Assembly: GCA_043798915.1 (NCBI GenBank)
Contig: JAZDOG010000020.1
Span: 7,281 to 71,280, forward strand
DNA: 64,000 nucleotides
Source of the DNA: Pseudomonadota bacterium
GTDB taxonomy: Bacteria > UBA10199 > 2-02-FULL-44-16 > JAAZCA01
Direction of reading: 5' to 3'
Each line of letters begins with the position of its first letter. Position 1 is the first letter of the stretch. The notes below the pieces were generated by a model. That model saw only the letters and a program-made list of their open reading frames with translations. It ran no database searches and was not told the origin of the DNA. The position numbers were made by a program, and so were the translations under genes. Below are positions 55,896 to 64,000 of the stretch, one piece after another.

Positions 55896-57884
55896 ATGCA
55901 GAGACTGGAATTCAACCTCTCCGATTATTGGCGCATCGTCAGGCGTCGGAAAGCTGTCATCATCGCTTCCGCGCTGTTTGTGACGGCTATTGTCTTTTAT
56001 AAAAATTATACAACACCCCCGCTCTTCAAGGCCTCAGCCGTGGTAATGGTGGAGATGGCCACTTCGCTCATGACGGGCGCCCGCGATTACTATTATCCTT
56101 ATGAAGGGGATTTTTTTGAGACGCAGCAGCATGTCATTGCCAGCAAGCCGGTGGGCGAGGAGGCAGGAAGGTACATCGGGCTCATAAGCGAGACGACGCC
56201 TGCGGAGGAGCGCGACAGGATCGCGGCTGGGCTGGCCGGCAGCGTCAACGCCGATAAAGTGGGTTCGACCAACCTCATCAGCATAAACGCCACGGCCGTG
56301 GAGGCCGGGAAGGCGGCTGCGATTGCCAACGCCATTGCCCACGGTTATCAGGTCTGGAGTTTGAAAAACAGAAACGAACAGGCGCGCAAAGTCAGGGAAT
56401 TCGTGGAGGGCCAGCTCAAAGAGACAGGCGCGCGTCTTGCCGAAGGGGAAGATACGCTCAAAAAATTTCAGGAATCTTCGGAGGAGGCCGGCCAGATCAC
56501 GGCGCTCCAGTCTCAGCTGATGAACCTCCAGGTGGATATGGCCACCCTGCTTCAGCAGTATACCGAACAGCATCCGGATGTGATCGAACAGCGGGCAAGG
56601 ATTGCCGAGGTGAAGGAGGAGATGGCAAGGAATCCGGGGCTGCAACTCGAGTACGCGCGCTTGAAGCGCGAGGTCGACACGAACAACGCGCTTTATTCCA
56701 ATTTGAGACAGCGGTATCAGGATGCGAAGATCAGGGAGGCTGAGAAGATCAGCGGCGTCACCATAGTCAACGCCGCGGAGGTTCCGGGCTACCCCATAAG
56801 CCCAAAGACAAGGGCCAATACGATGTTTGCGCTCATGGTGGGCCTGCTTCTGGGCTTTGTTCTGGCATTCGTGAAGGAAAATCTGGATACCTCCATAGCG
56901 ACCATCGAAGATGTGGAGGATTTTCTCGGTTTGCCGATCCTGGGCGTCATACCCCAGATGGAGACCGATGCAGGCGGCGGGCGAAAGTTTTCCTTCTTCA
57001 GGCTCTTCGAATCGTTTATCCCGTCGCCTCCGCACATCACCAAGCGCGAGATGAGAAGGCTGCTCGTCCTGATCGGCGGGGGGACTTCGGCGCCGGTTGA
57101 GGCCTATAAGACTTTGAGGGCCAATATACAGTTCGCGGTGTTGCAGAAAAAAAGCCGGGTGCTCCTGTTCAGCAGCTCCGGCCCCCATGAAGGAAAGACG
57201 ATAACCGCCAGCAACTGCGCCATAGCGTTCGCACAGAACGGCCAGAAGGTCCTTCTGGCCTCCGCAGATCTCAGGCGCGCCGGGATTGCGGATGTCTTCG
57301 GGCTGCGCAGCGAGCCGGGGCTCTCGGAAGTGATAAGCGGCGACGTCGATTGGAAAAAGTCGCTGCGCACAATCGAGGATCTGATGGTGGGAGAACTGGA
57401 CACGGCGAAGCTCCTTGAGACGCCGGGCATCGACAACCTGTCGATCCTCACGGCCGGCCGAGTTCCGCCGAATCCGGCCGAGTTCCTCCAGTCGGAGCGC
57501 ATGAAGAGTTTTATAAAGGAGGCGCGCGAGGTTTTTGATTTTGTCCTGCTGGACTGCCCTCCTGTGCTGCCGGTGAGCGACGCCCTCGTCCTTTCGCCCT
57601 TCGTGGACGGCATCGTCCTCATTTACCAGACTGGCCAGACGGCCCGCGGTGCGCTCAAGCGTGCAAAATCGATGCTGGCATCGGCGGGCGTGGAGATACT
57701 CGGCGTGGTGCTCAATGGCATCAAGGCCCAGGAGATGAAGCTGGCGCCATCCTATCGCTACTATGGCGGGTATTACGGCGGCAAGTACGGCAGCGCTTAT
57801 GGGTATGGATATGGCCCCGAGGAGGAGCCTAAAAAAAAGCCGGGCTGGTGGCCTTTCGGAAACAAGGTTAAGAAACAGGAATAA
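55896..57884 (+). CDS. Wzc-like polysaccharide co-polymerase fused to bacterial tyrosine (BY) kinase
   Basis: N-terminal TM plus periplasmic coiled-coil (Wzz/GNVR-like). Second TM, cytoplasmic P-loop 'SSGPHEGKTITASN' (Walker A), 'LLDCPPVLPVSDA' (Walker B). C-terminal Tyr cluster YRYYGGYYGGKYGSAYGYGYG. Confidence 0.85.
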   Translation: MQRLEFNLSDYWRIVRRRKAVIIASALFVTAIVFYKNYTTPPLFKASAVVMVEMATSLMTGARDYYYPYEGDFFETQQHVIASKPVGEEAGRYIGLISETTPAEERDRIAAGLAGSVNADKVGSTNLISINATAVEAGKAAAIANAIAHGYQVWSLKNRNEQARKVREFVEGQLKETGARLAEGEDTLKKFQESSEEAGQITALQSQLMNLQVDMATLLQQYTEQHPDVIEQRARIAEVKEEMARNPGLQLEYARLKREVDTNNALYSNLRQRYQDAKIREAEKISGVTIVNAAEVPGYPISPKTRANTMFALMVGLLLGFVLAFVKENLDTSIATIEDVEDFLGLPILGVIPQMETDAGGGRKFSFFRLFESFIPSPPHITKREMRRLLVLIGGGTSAPVEAYKTLRANIQFAVLQKKSRVLLFSSSGPHEGKTITASNCAIAFAQNGQKVLLASADLRRAGIADVFGLRSEPGLSEVISGDVDWKKSLRTIEDLMVGELDTAKLLETPGIDNLSILTAGRVPPNPAEFLQSERMKSFIKEAREVFDFVLLDCPPVLPVSDALVLSPFVDGIVLIYQTGQTARGALKRAKSMLASAGVEILGVVLNGIKAQEMKLAPSYRYYGGYYGGKYGSAYGYGYGPEEEPKKKPGWWPFGNKVKKQE

Positions 57885-57928
57885 GATCCGGATGATGGAC
57901 CAAGAGATAGACCAGGAAATATCCCCTT

Positions 57929-58711
57929 ATGCCAAATTGTCGCCTGCATTGCCGCCTGTCGCCGCGCGATTATGATCGCGGGTGGCTGCAGTTCTTTGAA
58001 ACAAACGGCCTCGTCCCTGAAATTTATTTCGTCGACAATGATCTGGAAGATGGGCAGGGAAATGCGCTGGGTGAAATTGCGGATTGGCTCAAATCCAGAA
58101 ACTTAAGGCCGTCCCTTCATGCCCCGATCGGGAGCGGCGATCCGGTCGTGCTGGATGACGCAGCAAAGAATTATGGGCGCCGGATGACCGGGCAGATCGC
58201 CGCCATGGCGCGGAAATTCGATGCCAGGGTCGTGGTCTTTCACCCGGTTTTCGACAAGTACAGCGTCGGAAAGAAATTTCCGAAATGGGTGGAAGAAAAT
58301 CTGGATTTTTTTGAAGGGGTCCTCAACAGGACAGCTGGCCTCGACACGACGATCGCAGTCGAGAATATTTTCAGCGACCAGCCTGACCCGATAGCTGAAT
58401 TGATCTCCGATCTTGGTTCCGAAAGATTCAGGTTCTGCTTCGATGTGGGGCATTTCAACAAATATTCCTCCGTCGGTCTTTCAAAATGGTTCAAGCTTCT
58501 TGGCGACAGGATCTGCGAGATTCATGTCCACGACAATTTCGGAAAACACGACGAGCATCTCCCTCCCGGCGAGGGCAATTTTCCGTTTAAAAAGCTTGTG
58601 GATTTTATAAACAGCGTCGATCGCGAACTCATTCTCACGATAGAAACAGTGGACAGAGAAGCTGCGCTCCGCGCCGTCGGCAATTTAAAGGGGTTTTTAG
58701 GGATAGAATGA
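57929..58711 (+). CDS. Xylose-isomerase-like TIM-barrel protein (sugar phosphate isomerase/epimerase family)
   Basis: 'LHAP', 'VVFHP', 'IAVENIF', 'CFDVGH', 'HVHDN' pattern of metal-binding TIM-barrel AP-endonuclease-2/xylose-isomerase-like proteins. Confidence 0.55.
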   Translation: MPNCRLHCRLSPRDYDRGWLQFFETNGLVPEIYFVDNDLEDGQGNALGEIADWLKSRNLRPSLHAPIGSGDPVVLDDAAKNYGRRMTGQIAAMARKFDARVVVFHPVFDKYSVGKKFPKWVEENLDFFEGVLNRTAGLDTTIAVENIFSDQPDPIAELISDLGSERFRFCFDVGHFNKYSSVGLSKWFKLLGDRICEIHVHDNFGKHDEHLPPGEGNFPFKKLVDFINSVDRELILTIETVDREAALRAVGNLKGFLGIE

Positions 58712-59217
58712 AAAAGAGCGGCCGTCCGTGGATCGTCGTGGCCTGCTATGTCGCGCTGATGTATCTTGCGACGTTCATCGCGAGTGCAACCCGGCTTCTC
58801 GACGACAGGGTCAGGACGGCAAACCTTTCCATTGTTGCGTACATAGTCTTCGGGATTGCGCTGATCGCCCTGGTTGTTTTAAGGTTCGGTTTCAAAAACG
58901 CTTACGGGTGGATATACACGGGTTTTTTTGCGGCGCTCCTTGCGATGGTGGCTTTCTACCTCCCGGAGCCGAAAGACCGGCTGCATTTTCTTGAGTATTG
59001 TTTGATGTTCGTCCTGATCTATGCGGCCTTTAAAAGGAGCGTCGGAGGTCCTCTGCGCTACGCCCTGGCCCTGATCTCGATTTTTGCTCTTGGCATTTTT
59101 GACGAAACGCTGCAGTCTTCCTATCCGAACGGTTTCTTTGACTTTTCGGATGCCTTGCACGACGCATTTGCCGGCTATGTTGCGGCCGGCGCAGTCCTCA
59201 TTTGGGAAAGGCTCTGA
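58708..59217 (+). CDS. VanZ-like family membrane protein
   Basis: 4 TM helices; C-terminal 'GIFDETLQSSYPNGFFDFSDALHDAFAGYV' matches the VanZ signature. Confidence 0.6.
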   Translation: MKKSGRPWIVVACYVALMYLATFIASATRLLDDRVRTANLSIVAYIVFGIALIALVVLRFGFKNAYGWIYTGFFAALLAMVAFYLPEPKDRLHFLEYCLMFVLIYAAFKRSVGGPLRYALALISIFALGIFDETLQSSYPNGFFDFSDALHDAFAGYVAAGAVLIWERL

Positions 59218-59218
59218 C

Positions 59219-60034
59219 ATGTATAGAAAATATTGGGGGTTGACGGAAAAGCCGTTTGAGAACACGCCTGACCCGCGTTTTTTCTACCGTTCTCAGGAGC
59301 ATGAGGAGGGGCTTCTGCGCCTGCTCTATGCCATTCAGGAGGCCAAGGGCGCCGCCATGCTCACGGGCGTGTTCGGCTGCGGCAAGACGCTGCTCGGCAG
59401 GGAGCTGATGAGGGAGATGGGCAAGGATGTCTACAAGGTCGTCTGCATAAGCAACCCTCTCCTTACTTCTCTGGAACTCCTGATGATGATAACCACCGAG
59501 CTGGGCGTCACCGATCTGCCGACAAAGAAGACGGAAGTGCTGACCAGCATGGTGTTGCAAAGGCTGGGCTGTGCGCTGAACAACAACCTGAACGACGGCA
59601 GGCGCACGGTGATTATCATAGACGAGGCCCACATAATCACCGAGCATGATGTCTGGGAAGAGCTGCGCCTTCTTCTGAACTACCAGCTCGATTCGGCATT
59701 TCTTCTGACGCTCCTCTTGATGGGCCAGCCCGAGCTCAAAAAAAGCATCGACAGCAACAAGCAGCTCTCCCAGAGGATCGCAATCCGCCATCACCTCAAG
59801 CCCTTGAGCGTGGAAGAGACAACCGACTACGTCCTCCACCGCCTGAATGTCGCCGGGCGTTCGTCGGCGCTCTTTGACGACGAGGCGCTGAAGGTCATCT
59901 ATGAAAAAGCGGGCGGCATCCCCCGCCGCATAAATCACATATGCGATCTGTGCCTGCTCACCGGCTTCAGCAGAAATCTCCAAATGGTCGGAGCCGACGT
60001 GGTGCGCGAGGTGGCCGCCGATCTGGAAGGGTGA
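59219..60034 (+). CDS. ExeA/GspA-like AAA ATPase (second paralog)
   Basis: ATG at 59219 (MYRKYWGLTEKPFENTPDPRFFY...). 'LTGVFGCGKTLL', 'IIIDEAH', 'GIPRRINHICD'; the N-terminal 30 aa are near-identical in pattern to the first paralog. Confidence 0.7.
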   Translation: MYRKYWGLTEKPFENTPDPRFFYRSQEHEEGLLRLLYAIQEAKGAAMLTGVFGCGKTLLGRELMREMGKDVYKVVCISNPLLTSLELLMMITTELGVTDLPTKKTEVLTSMVLQRLGCALNNNLNDGRRTVIIIDEAHIITEHDVWEELRLLLNYQLDSAFLLTLLLMGQPELKKSIDSNKQLSQRIAIRHHLKPLSVEETTDYVLHRLNVAGRSSALFDDEALKVIYEKAGGIPRRINHICDLCLLTGFSRNLQMVGADVVREVAADLEG

Positions 60035-60052
60035 CAGCAGGGGAGCCATCGG

Positions 60053-61882
60053 ATGCTGATTCTGGGGATATCCGCTTACTACCATGACAGCGCTGCCTGC
60101 ATCGTCAGGGATGGCGTCATCGTCGCCGCTGCGCAGGAGGAGCGTTTTTCGCGCAAGAAGCACGACATGCGCTTCCCTTCTCATGCGGTCGCCTGTTGCC
60201 TCGCGGAGGCTCAGGCCGGGTTCAAGGACGTGGACGTTGTTGCCTTCTACGAAAAACCTTTCGTGAAGTTCGAACGCCTCCTCGAGACCTATCTCACGTT
60301 CGCTCCAAAGGGTCTTCGATCCTTCGCCATGGCGATGCCGGTCTGGATCAAGGAGAAGCTCTTCCTCAAGAGGACGATCGAGAGGGAGCTTCGGTCGCGT
60401 TTCGGCAAAGGGGCGCCCCGCTTCATCTTCTCCACGCATCATCAGGCCCACGCTGCCTCCGCGTTTTTTCCTTCGCCGTTTGATGAGGCTGCGATTCTGT
60501 GCCTGGATGCTGTGGGGGAATGGACGACGACTTCCGCGTGGACCGGGCGCGGCAACGCGGTGAAACCCCTATGGGAGCTGCGCTTCCCGCATTCGCTCGG
60601 GATGCTCTACTCCGCTTTCACGTACTACACCGGCTTCAAGGTCAACTCCGGCGAGTACAAGGTGATGGGGCTGGCCCCCTATGGCCGTCCAACCTATGTC
60701 AGGACGATCCTCGACAACCTGATCGACTTGAAGCCCGACGGCACCTTCCGCCTCAACATGGAATATTTCGGCTTCTGCACGGGACTCGCGATGACCAACG
60801 CGCGTTTCCACGGGCTCTTCGGCGGAGAGCCTCGCAAACCGGAGACCGGACTGACGCAGAAGGAGATGGACCTGGCGCGCTCGATACAGGAGGTCACGGA
60901 GGAGATAGTCATGCGCCTGGGGCGATCGCTCCATGGCGACACGGGGCTTGGGAGCCTCTGCCTTGCCGGGGGCGTCTCGCTCAACTGCGTTGCCAACGGG
61001 AGGCTCTTGCGCGAAGGGCCCTTCAAAAGAATATGGATCCAGCCCGCTTCGGGCGATGCTGGAGGGGCGGTGGGGGCCGCGCTTGCAGCCTGGCACACGC
61101 ACTTCGGCAACGAGCGGCATCCCCAAAACCCCGACGGCATGAAGGGGGCGTATCTCGGCCCGGCCTTCTCCGGCGATGAGATCGAGGCGTTCCTCAAGGG
61201 GCACGATATCCCCGGCCGTTTCGTCGCAGAGAAGGATATATTCGATCTTGTCGCCGGCGAGCTTTCCGCCGGCAAGGTCATCGGCTGGTTTGCCGGGCGG
61301 ATGGAGTTTGGCCCACGGGCGCTGGGGGCGCGCAGCATCATCGGCGACGCCAGGTCCGCAAAGATGCAGTCGATCATGAATCTGAAGATCAAGCATCGCG
61401 AGTCCTTCCGGCCCTTCGCGCCTTCGGTCTTGAGGGAGCGCGTCGCCGACTACTTCGAGATGGATTGCGACAGCCCCTACATGCTCCTGGTCGCCGCGGT
61501 TAACCCGGAGCGCAGGATAGCTCCCGCTGAGAACGCGGGGAATCTCTGGGGAATCGATCTCTTGAATGTCCCCAGGTCGGACATCCCCGCGGTGACCCAC
61601 ATCGATTACTCGGCAAGGGTCCAGACGGTCCATCGCGAGACCAACCCCCGCTACTGGCAGCTGATCAAGGCGTTCGAGAAGCTCACCGGATGCGGCGTGA
61701 TCGTTAACACCTCCTTCAACGTGCGCGGCGAGCCGATTGTCTGCACGCCCGAAGACGCATATCGCTGCTTCATGAGGACGGAGATGGACCTGCTCGTCAT
61801 GGAAAACTTCGTTCTGGATAAGAGGGAGCAGCGCGGTATCGCAGAAGATAATGACTGGATGAAGGAGTTTGAGCTCGATTAG
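60053..61882 (+). CDS. Carbamoyltransferase (NodU/CmcH family)
   Basis: 'MLILGISAYYHDSAACIV.DG.IVAAAQEERFSRKKHD' canonical N-terminus; 609 aa with a Carbam_trans_C-type C-terminal domain. Confidence 0.85.
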   Translation: MLILGISAYYHDSAACIVRDGVIVAAAQEERFSRKKHDMRFPSHAVACCLAEAQAGFKDVDVVAFYEKPFVKFERLLETYLTFAPKGLRSFAMAMPVWIKEKLFLKRTIERELRSRFGKGAPRFIFSTHHQAHAASAFFPSPFDEAAILCLDAVGEWTTTSAWTGRGNAVKPLWELRFPHSLGMLYSAFTYYTGFKVNSGEYKVMGLAPYGRPTYVRTILDNLIDLKPDGTFRLNMEYFGFCTGLAMTNARFHGLFGGEPRKPETGLTQKEMDLARSIQEVTEEIVMRLGRSLHGDTGLGSLCLAGGVSLNCVANGRLLREGPFKRIWIQPASGDAGGAVGAALAAWHTHFGNERHPQNPDGMKGAYLGPAFSGDEIEAFLKGHDIPGRFVAEKDIFDLVAGELSAGKVIGWFAGRMEFGPRALGARSIIGDARSAKMQSIMNLKIKHRESFRPFAPSVLRERVADYFEMDCDSPYMLLVAAVNPERRIAPAENAGNLWGIDLLNVPRSDIPAVTHIDYSARVQTVHRETNPRYWQLIKAFEKLTGCGVIVNTSFNVRGEPIVCTPEDAYRCFMRTEMDLLVMENFVLDKREQRGIAEDNDWMKEFELD

Positions 61883-61922
61883 GCCAAGGATAAGCGCAAC
61901 ATGTTTCACCGGGAGGGTATCT

Positions 61923-63098
61923 ATGGCTGACATGAAGAAACAACACGGTTTCGGAGCGCGGCTAGCCTTCGCCGTCATCGTTATCTTTTTAGCGGCGGCC
62001 CTCATAGAGGCGGCGGCGCGGATCATCTTCCCCTCCAGAGACGCAATCAAGACCATCATGAAGATGGATGCACGCCGGGATCTCAACGAATATGAGATGC
62101 CCGACCCGCGCTATCCCTATATCAACTGGGTGCTGAGGCCCAGTTTTTCGCGCACGTTCAAAGAGGCGATCGAGGCCAAACAGAGAGAGGGGCGGGCCTT
62201 GGGCGCGGCTAATCTCGAGAAATTAGCGGCGGATCTGGGAGTTGGCGAGGACGAGGTGGTCTATCGGATCAATAGCGATGGTTACAAGGGTCCGGAGATC
62301 GACAAGGCTCATAGCAAGACCCGCATCCTGACGATCGGAGACTCCTGTACCTTCGGATCCCTTGTTGATAAACATTCCTATCCGCGGGTACTGGAGCGAG
62401 AGCTCCTCGCCCTGGGCAAGAATGTCGAGGTCATCAACGCCGGCGTGGAGGGCTACCATCCGAAAAACGTACTTTTGCGGATGGACGAGCTTAAGGCCCT
62501 GAAGCCCGACATAGCTACCATCTACATCGGCTGGAATGCCCTGGATGGTGAACCGGCTACCGGTCTCGAGCGCTCTCTCTACAGCGTCCGGCTCGCGAAG
62601 AGCGCCCTCAGAAAGATATTCCATTTTTTCGATTCGCCCCAGAAGGCGGCCCTCTTCGAGTACAGCCAGCCCAGGCATCCTGATGCGAGCGCACCGGATG
62701 TCAAATCGCTCGATGGATATAGTCCCCTGTTCATGAAGGATGTTGAGAAAATTGCGGAGGAACTCCGGTCGATCGGATGCAAGGTCGTCTTCGTCACGCT
62801 CCCGAGCCTCTACGTGATGTGGGAGGTCCCCAGCGAAACGGCGATGAAGGTGGGAAGCCTGCCGCCTTACACGGACAACCCCTACGTATGGGCTAAGGTG
62901 GTCGAGCAGTACAACATCGACATCAGGAAGCTTGCGCAGGAGGATGGACTTGCGGTGGTCGACCTCGAGCGCTGGAGCCGCACGGCGCTCGTGCCCCGCG
63001 ACGCCTATTTCGGCGACTCCGTGCACCTCGATGATCGTGGGCAGGAGATGATCGGGGAATACATGGCGGAGGAGATCTCCCCGCTTCTCCCGAAATGA
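61923..63098 (+). CDS. SGNH/GDSL-family hydrolase or acyltransferase with N-terminal TM anchor (second paralog)
   Basis: ATG at 61923 with a GGGAGGG RBS; 'RILTIGDSCTFGS', 'INAGVEGY', 'DSVHLDDRG' (catalytic His block). Confidence 0.65.
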   Translation: MADMKKQHGFGARLAFAVIVIFLAAALIEAAARIIFPSRDAIKTIMKMDARRDLNEYEMPDPRYPYINWVLRPSFSRTFKEAIEAKQREGRALGAANLEKLAADLGVGEDEVVYRINSDGYKGPEIDKAHSKTRILTIGDSCTFGSLVDKHSYPRVLERELLALGKNVEVINAGVEGYHPKNVLLRMDELKALKPDIATIYIGWNALDGEPATGLERSLYSVRLAKSALRKIFHFFDSPQKAALFEYSQPRHPDASAPDVKSLDGYSPLFMKDVEKIAEELRSIGCKVVFVTLPSLYVMWEVPSETAMKVGSLPPYTDNPYVWAKVVEQYNIDIRKLAQEDGLAVVDLERWSRTALVPRDAYFGDSVHLDDRGQEMIGEYMAEEISPLLPK

Positions 63099-63105
63099 GC
63101 GCTGC

Positions 63106-63507
63106 ATGAAGATGCAAAAAAAATGCACGACGAAGGACCTGCGCTTCTTTGGATTTTTGCTCGCCGCGTTTCTGGCCCTGGTGGGCATCTGGCCAGCCCT
63201 CTTCCGCCATCAGCCGGCAAGAATCTGGGTGCTGGCAGCAGCGGCACTGCCTCTCCTGATAGCTGTCCTGCGGCCATCGGTCCTGGCTTGGCCTTGTCGG
63301 GGCTGGCTCTCGATCGGCAATATCATCGGGGGTGTCGTCACCCGGATCGTCCTGGGCGCTATTTTTTTTCTCATGTTCACGCCGGTGGGATTGATCCGGA
63401 GGATATTAAAGCGCGACACGCTCTCCTTGCGCTACGATGCGGGAGCTGATAGCTACAGAATAGCGGTGAACCTGAATGATATCCAAAGCATGGATCGGCA
63501 ATATTAG
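63106..63507 (+). CDS. Small membrane protein associated with carbamoyltransferase (SxtJ-like)
   Basis: 133 aa, 3 hydrophobic helices. Position immediately after the NodU/CmcH-type gene and before a DUF5989/SxtK-like micro-ORF mirrors the sxtI-sxtJ-sxtK arrangement. Confidence 0.4.
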   Translation: MKMQKKCTTKDLRFFGFLLAAFLALVGIWPALFRHQPARIWVLAAAALPLLIAVLRPSVLAWPCRGWLSIGNIIGGVVTRIVLGAIFFLMFTPVGLIRRILKRDTLSLRYDAGADSYRIAVNLNDIQSMDRQY

Positions 63508-63528
63508 ATGTCGGGAGGAGAAAAGAGC

Positions 63529-63681
63529 ATGATATCGTTTCTGAGAGAACTCTGGGCCTTCGCGAAAGCGCGGAAGAAGTATTGGCTCCTTCCTTTCATC
63601 GTCAGCCTGCTCCTCCTGGGAGTCCTGATCGTCTTCACGGAGGGCAGCGCGGTGGCCCCCTTCATCTACACGCTCTTTTAG
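63529..63681 (+). CDS. 50-aa membrane micro-protein, DUF5989/SxtK-like: MISFLRELWAFAKARKKYWLLPFIVSLLLLGVLIVFTEGSAVAPFIYTLF
   Basis: Not in the ORF track (under 60 aa). Manual translation; GGGAGGAG RBS 8 nt upstream. The pattern (FL.ELW.F.K.RKK.WLLP.I..LLLLG.L.V.T.GSA.APFIYTLF) matches the small protein family found next to O-carbamoyltransferases. Coordinates +/-2. Confidence 0.55.
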   Translation: MISFLRELWAFAKARKKYWLLPFIVSLLLLGVLIVFTEGSAVAPFIYTLF

Positions 63682-63737
63682 GCGCCTGTCTTCGGCCGCT
63701 TGCGGCATTTCTCCGGGCGGTGTATACTTTCCGTCTG

Positions 63738-64000
63738 ATGCGCTCTATTAAGCCATTCAGGCTCGTTCCCGGGGACCGCGTCGGTGTCGTGGCCCCGGCC
63801 TCCTCCTTCGAGAGGCGGGGATTGAGGCGCGGGCTGGAGAAACTGCGCTGGTGGGGATTCGACCCGGTCGTGCCGAAAGAGGTTTTGAAGCACGCCCATC
63901 GTCCGCTCGAGCGCGAACGGACGCGACGTTATGAGGAGAAGGCCTTCGAGATCGTCCGGATGTTCATGGACCCGACGATCGCCGCCATATTTTGCGCCGA
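63738..64000 (+). CDS. LD-carboxypeptidase (peptidase S66, LdcA-like), N-terminal fragment running off the window end
   Basis: Manual translation MRSIKPFRLVPGDRVGVVAPASSFERRGL...; 'PGDRVGVVAPAS' is the conserved N-terminal motif of the S66 family. Absent from the track because it is edge-truncated. Coordinates +/-2. Confidence 0.55.
   Translation, partial: MRSIKPFRLVPGDRVGVVAPASSFERRGLRRGLEKLRWWGFDPVVPKEVLKHAHRPLERERTRRYEEKAFEIVRMFMDPTIAAIFCA

Noticed and set aside
56034-62086. Large antisense ORFs 56034..57188(-), 59198..60451(-) and 60569..62086(-) opposite Wzc, the ExeA-like gene and the carbamoyltransferase
   Set aside because: GC-rich coding regions give long spurious reverse-frame ORFs. 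The sense-strand products carry unmistakable family motifs (Walker A/B, Tyr cluster, NodU N-terminus), and the antisense translations are Arg/Pro/Gly-rich.
1-64000. CRISPR arrays, tRNA/rRNA genes, integrase or transposase genes
   Set aside because: No regularly spaced direct repeats, no cloverleaf-compatible tRNA-like segments noticed, and no ORF with integrase or transposase motifs. The only mobile-element-like feature is the transposase-less inverted-repeat element at 8894-9069.

Overview
Bacterial chromosomal window, about 50-55% GC with several markedly AT-rich gene blocks, carrying three distinct parts.

(1) Positions 1-2.9 kb, minus strand: a compact radical-SAM RiPP-like operon, called from the sequence only. 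It runs S24/S26-type peptidase, then a PqqD-like recognition protein, a 67-aa Cys/Trp/Tyr-rich candidate precursor peptide, a radical-SAM/SPASM maturase, and a second radical-SAM gene that runs off the window edge. Twin C-rich hairpins sit just upstream of the peptide's G-rich ribosome-binding site.

(2) Positions 2.9-7.1 kb: a GC-richer 2.5-kb insert encoding an AlbA_2/AAA-4 ATP-binding protein plus a ParA-family ATPase. It is flanked by an imperfect direct repeat that duplicates the 5' end of the downstream NTP_transf_5-type nucleotidyltransferase gene, which is followed by a GNAT acetyltransferase.

(3) Positions 7.2-63.7 kb: a very large glycan (EPS/O-antigen-like) assembly, decoration and export cluster. 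It holds a WbaP-like priming transferase, Wzx, a Wzy-like polymerase, Wza, a Wzc-like tyrosine kinase, 7 GT4 enzymes, 3 Dpm1/ArnC-like GT2 enzymes and 5 ArnT/PMT-like GT-C membrane transferases. Nucleotide-sugar genes are ManC, Gmd, WecB, an SDR epimerase/dehydratase and a DegT aminotransferase. It also has 9 class I SAM methyltransferases plus one weak FkbM-like call, including two FkbM-type, 2 B12-binding radical-SAM enzymes, 2 radical-SAM/SPASM enzymes and an acyltransferase-3. Further components are 2 SGNH hydrolases, a NodU/CmcH carbamoyltransferase with SxtJ/SxtK-like small proteins, 2 ExeA-like ATPases, 2 HD-GYP proteins and a VanZ-like protein.

Other elements are a 29-bp perfect inverted-repeat MITE-like element in a divergent promoter, 60-70-nt tandem repeats inside a secreted repeat protein, and a GT-C gene whose first 21 codons encode an SDR Rossmann motif (probable deletion fusion). 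An LD-carboxypeptidase gene is cut by the window end.

No rRNA, tRNA or CRISPR array was seen. The ORF track omits edge-truncated ORFs and ORFs under 60 aa; three such genes are added by manual reading, with coordinates good to about +/-2 nt.
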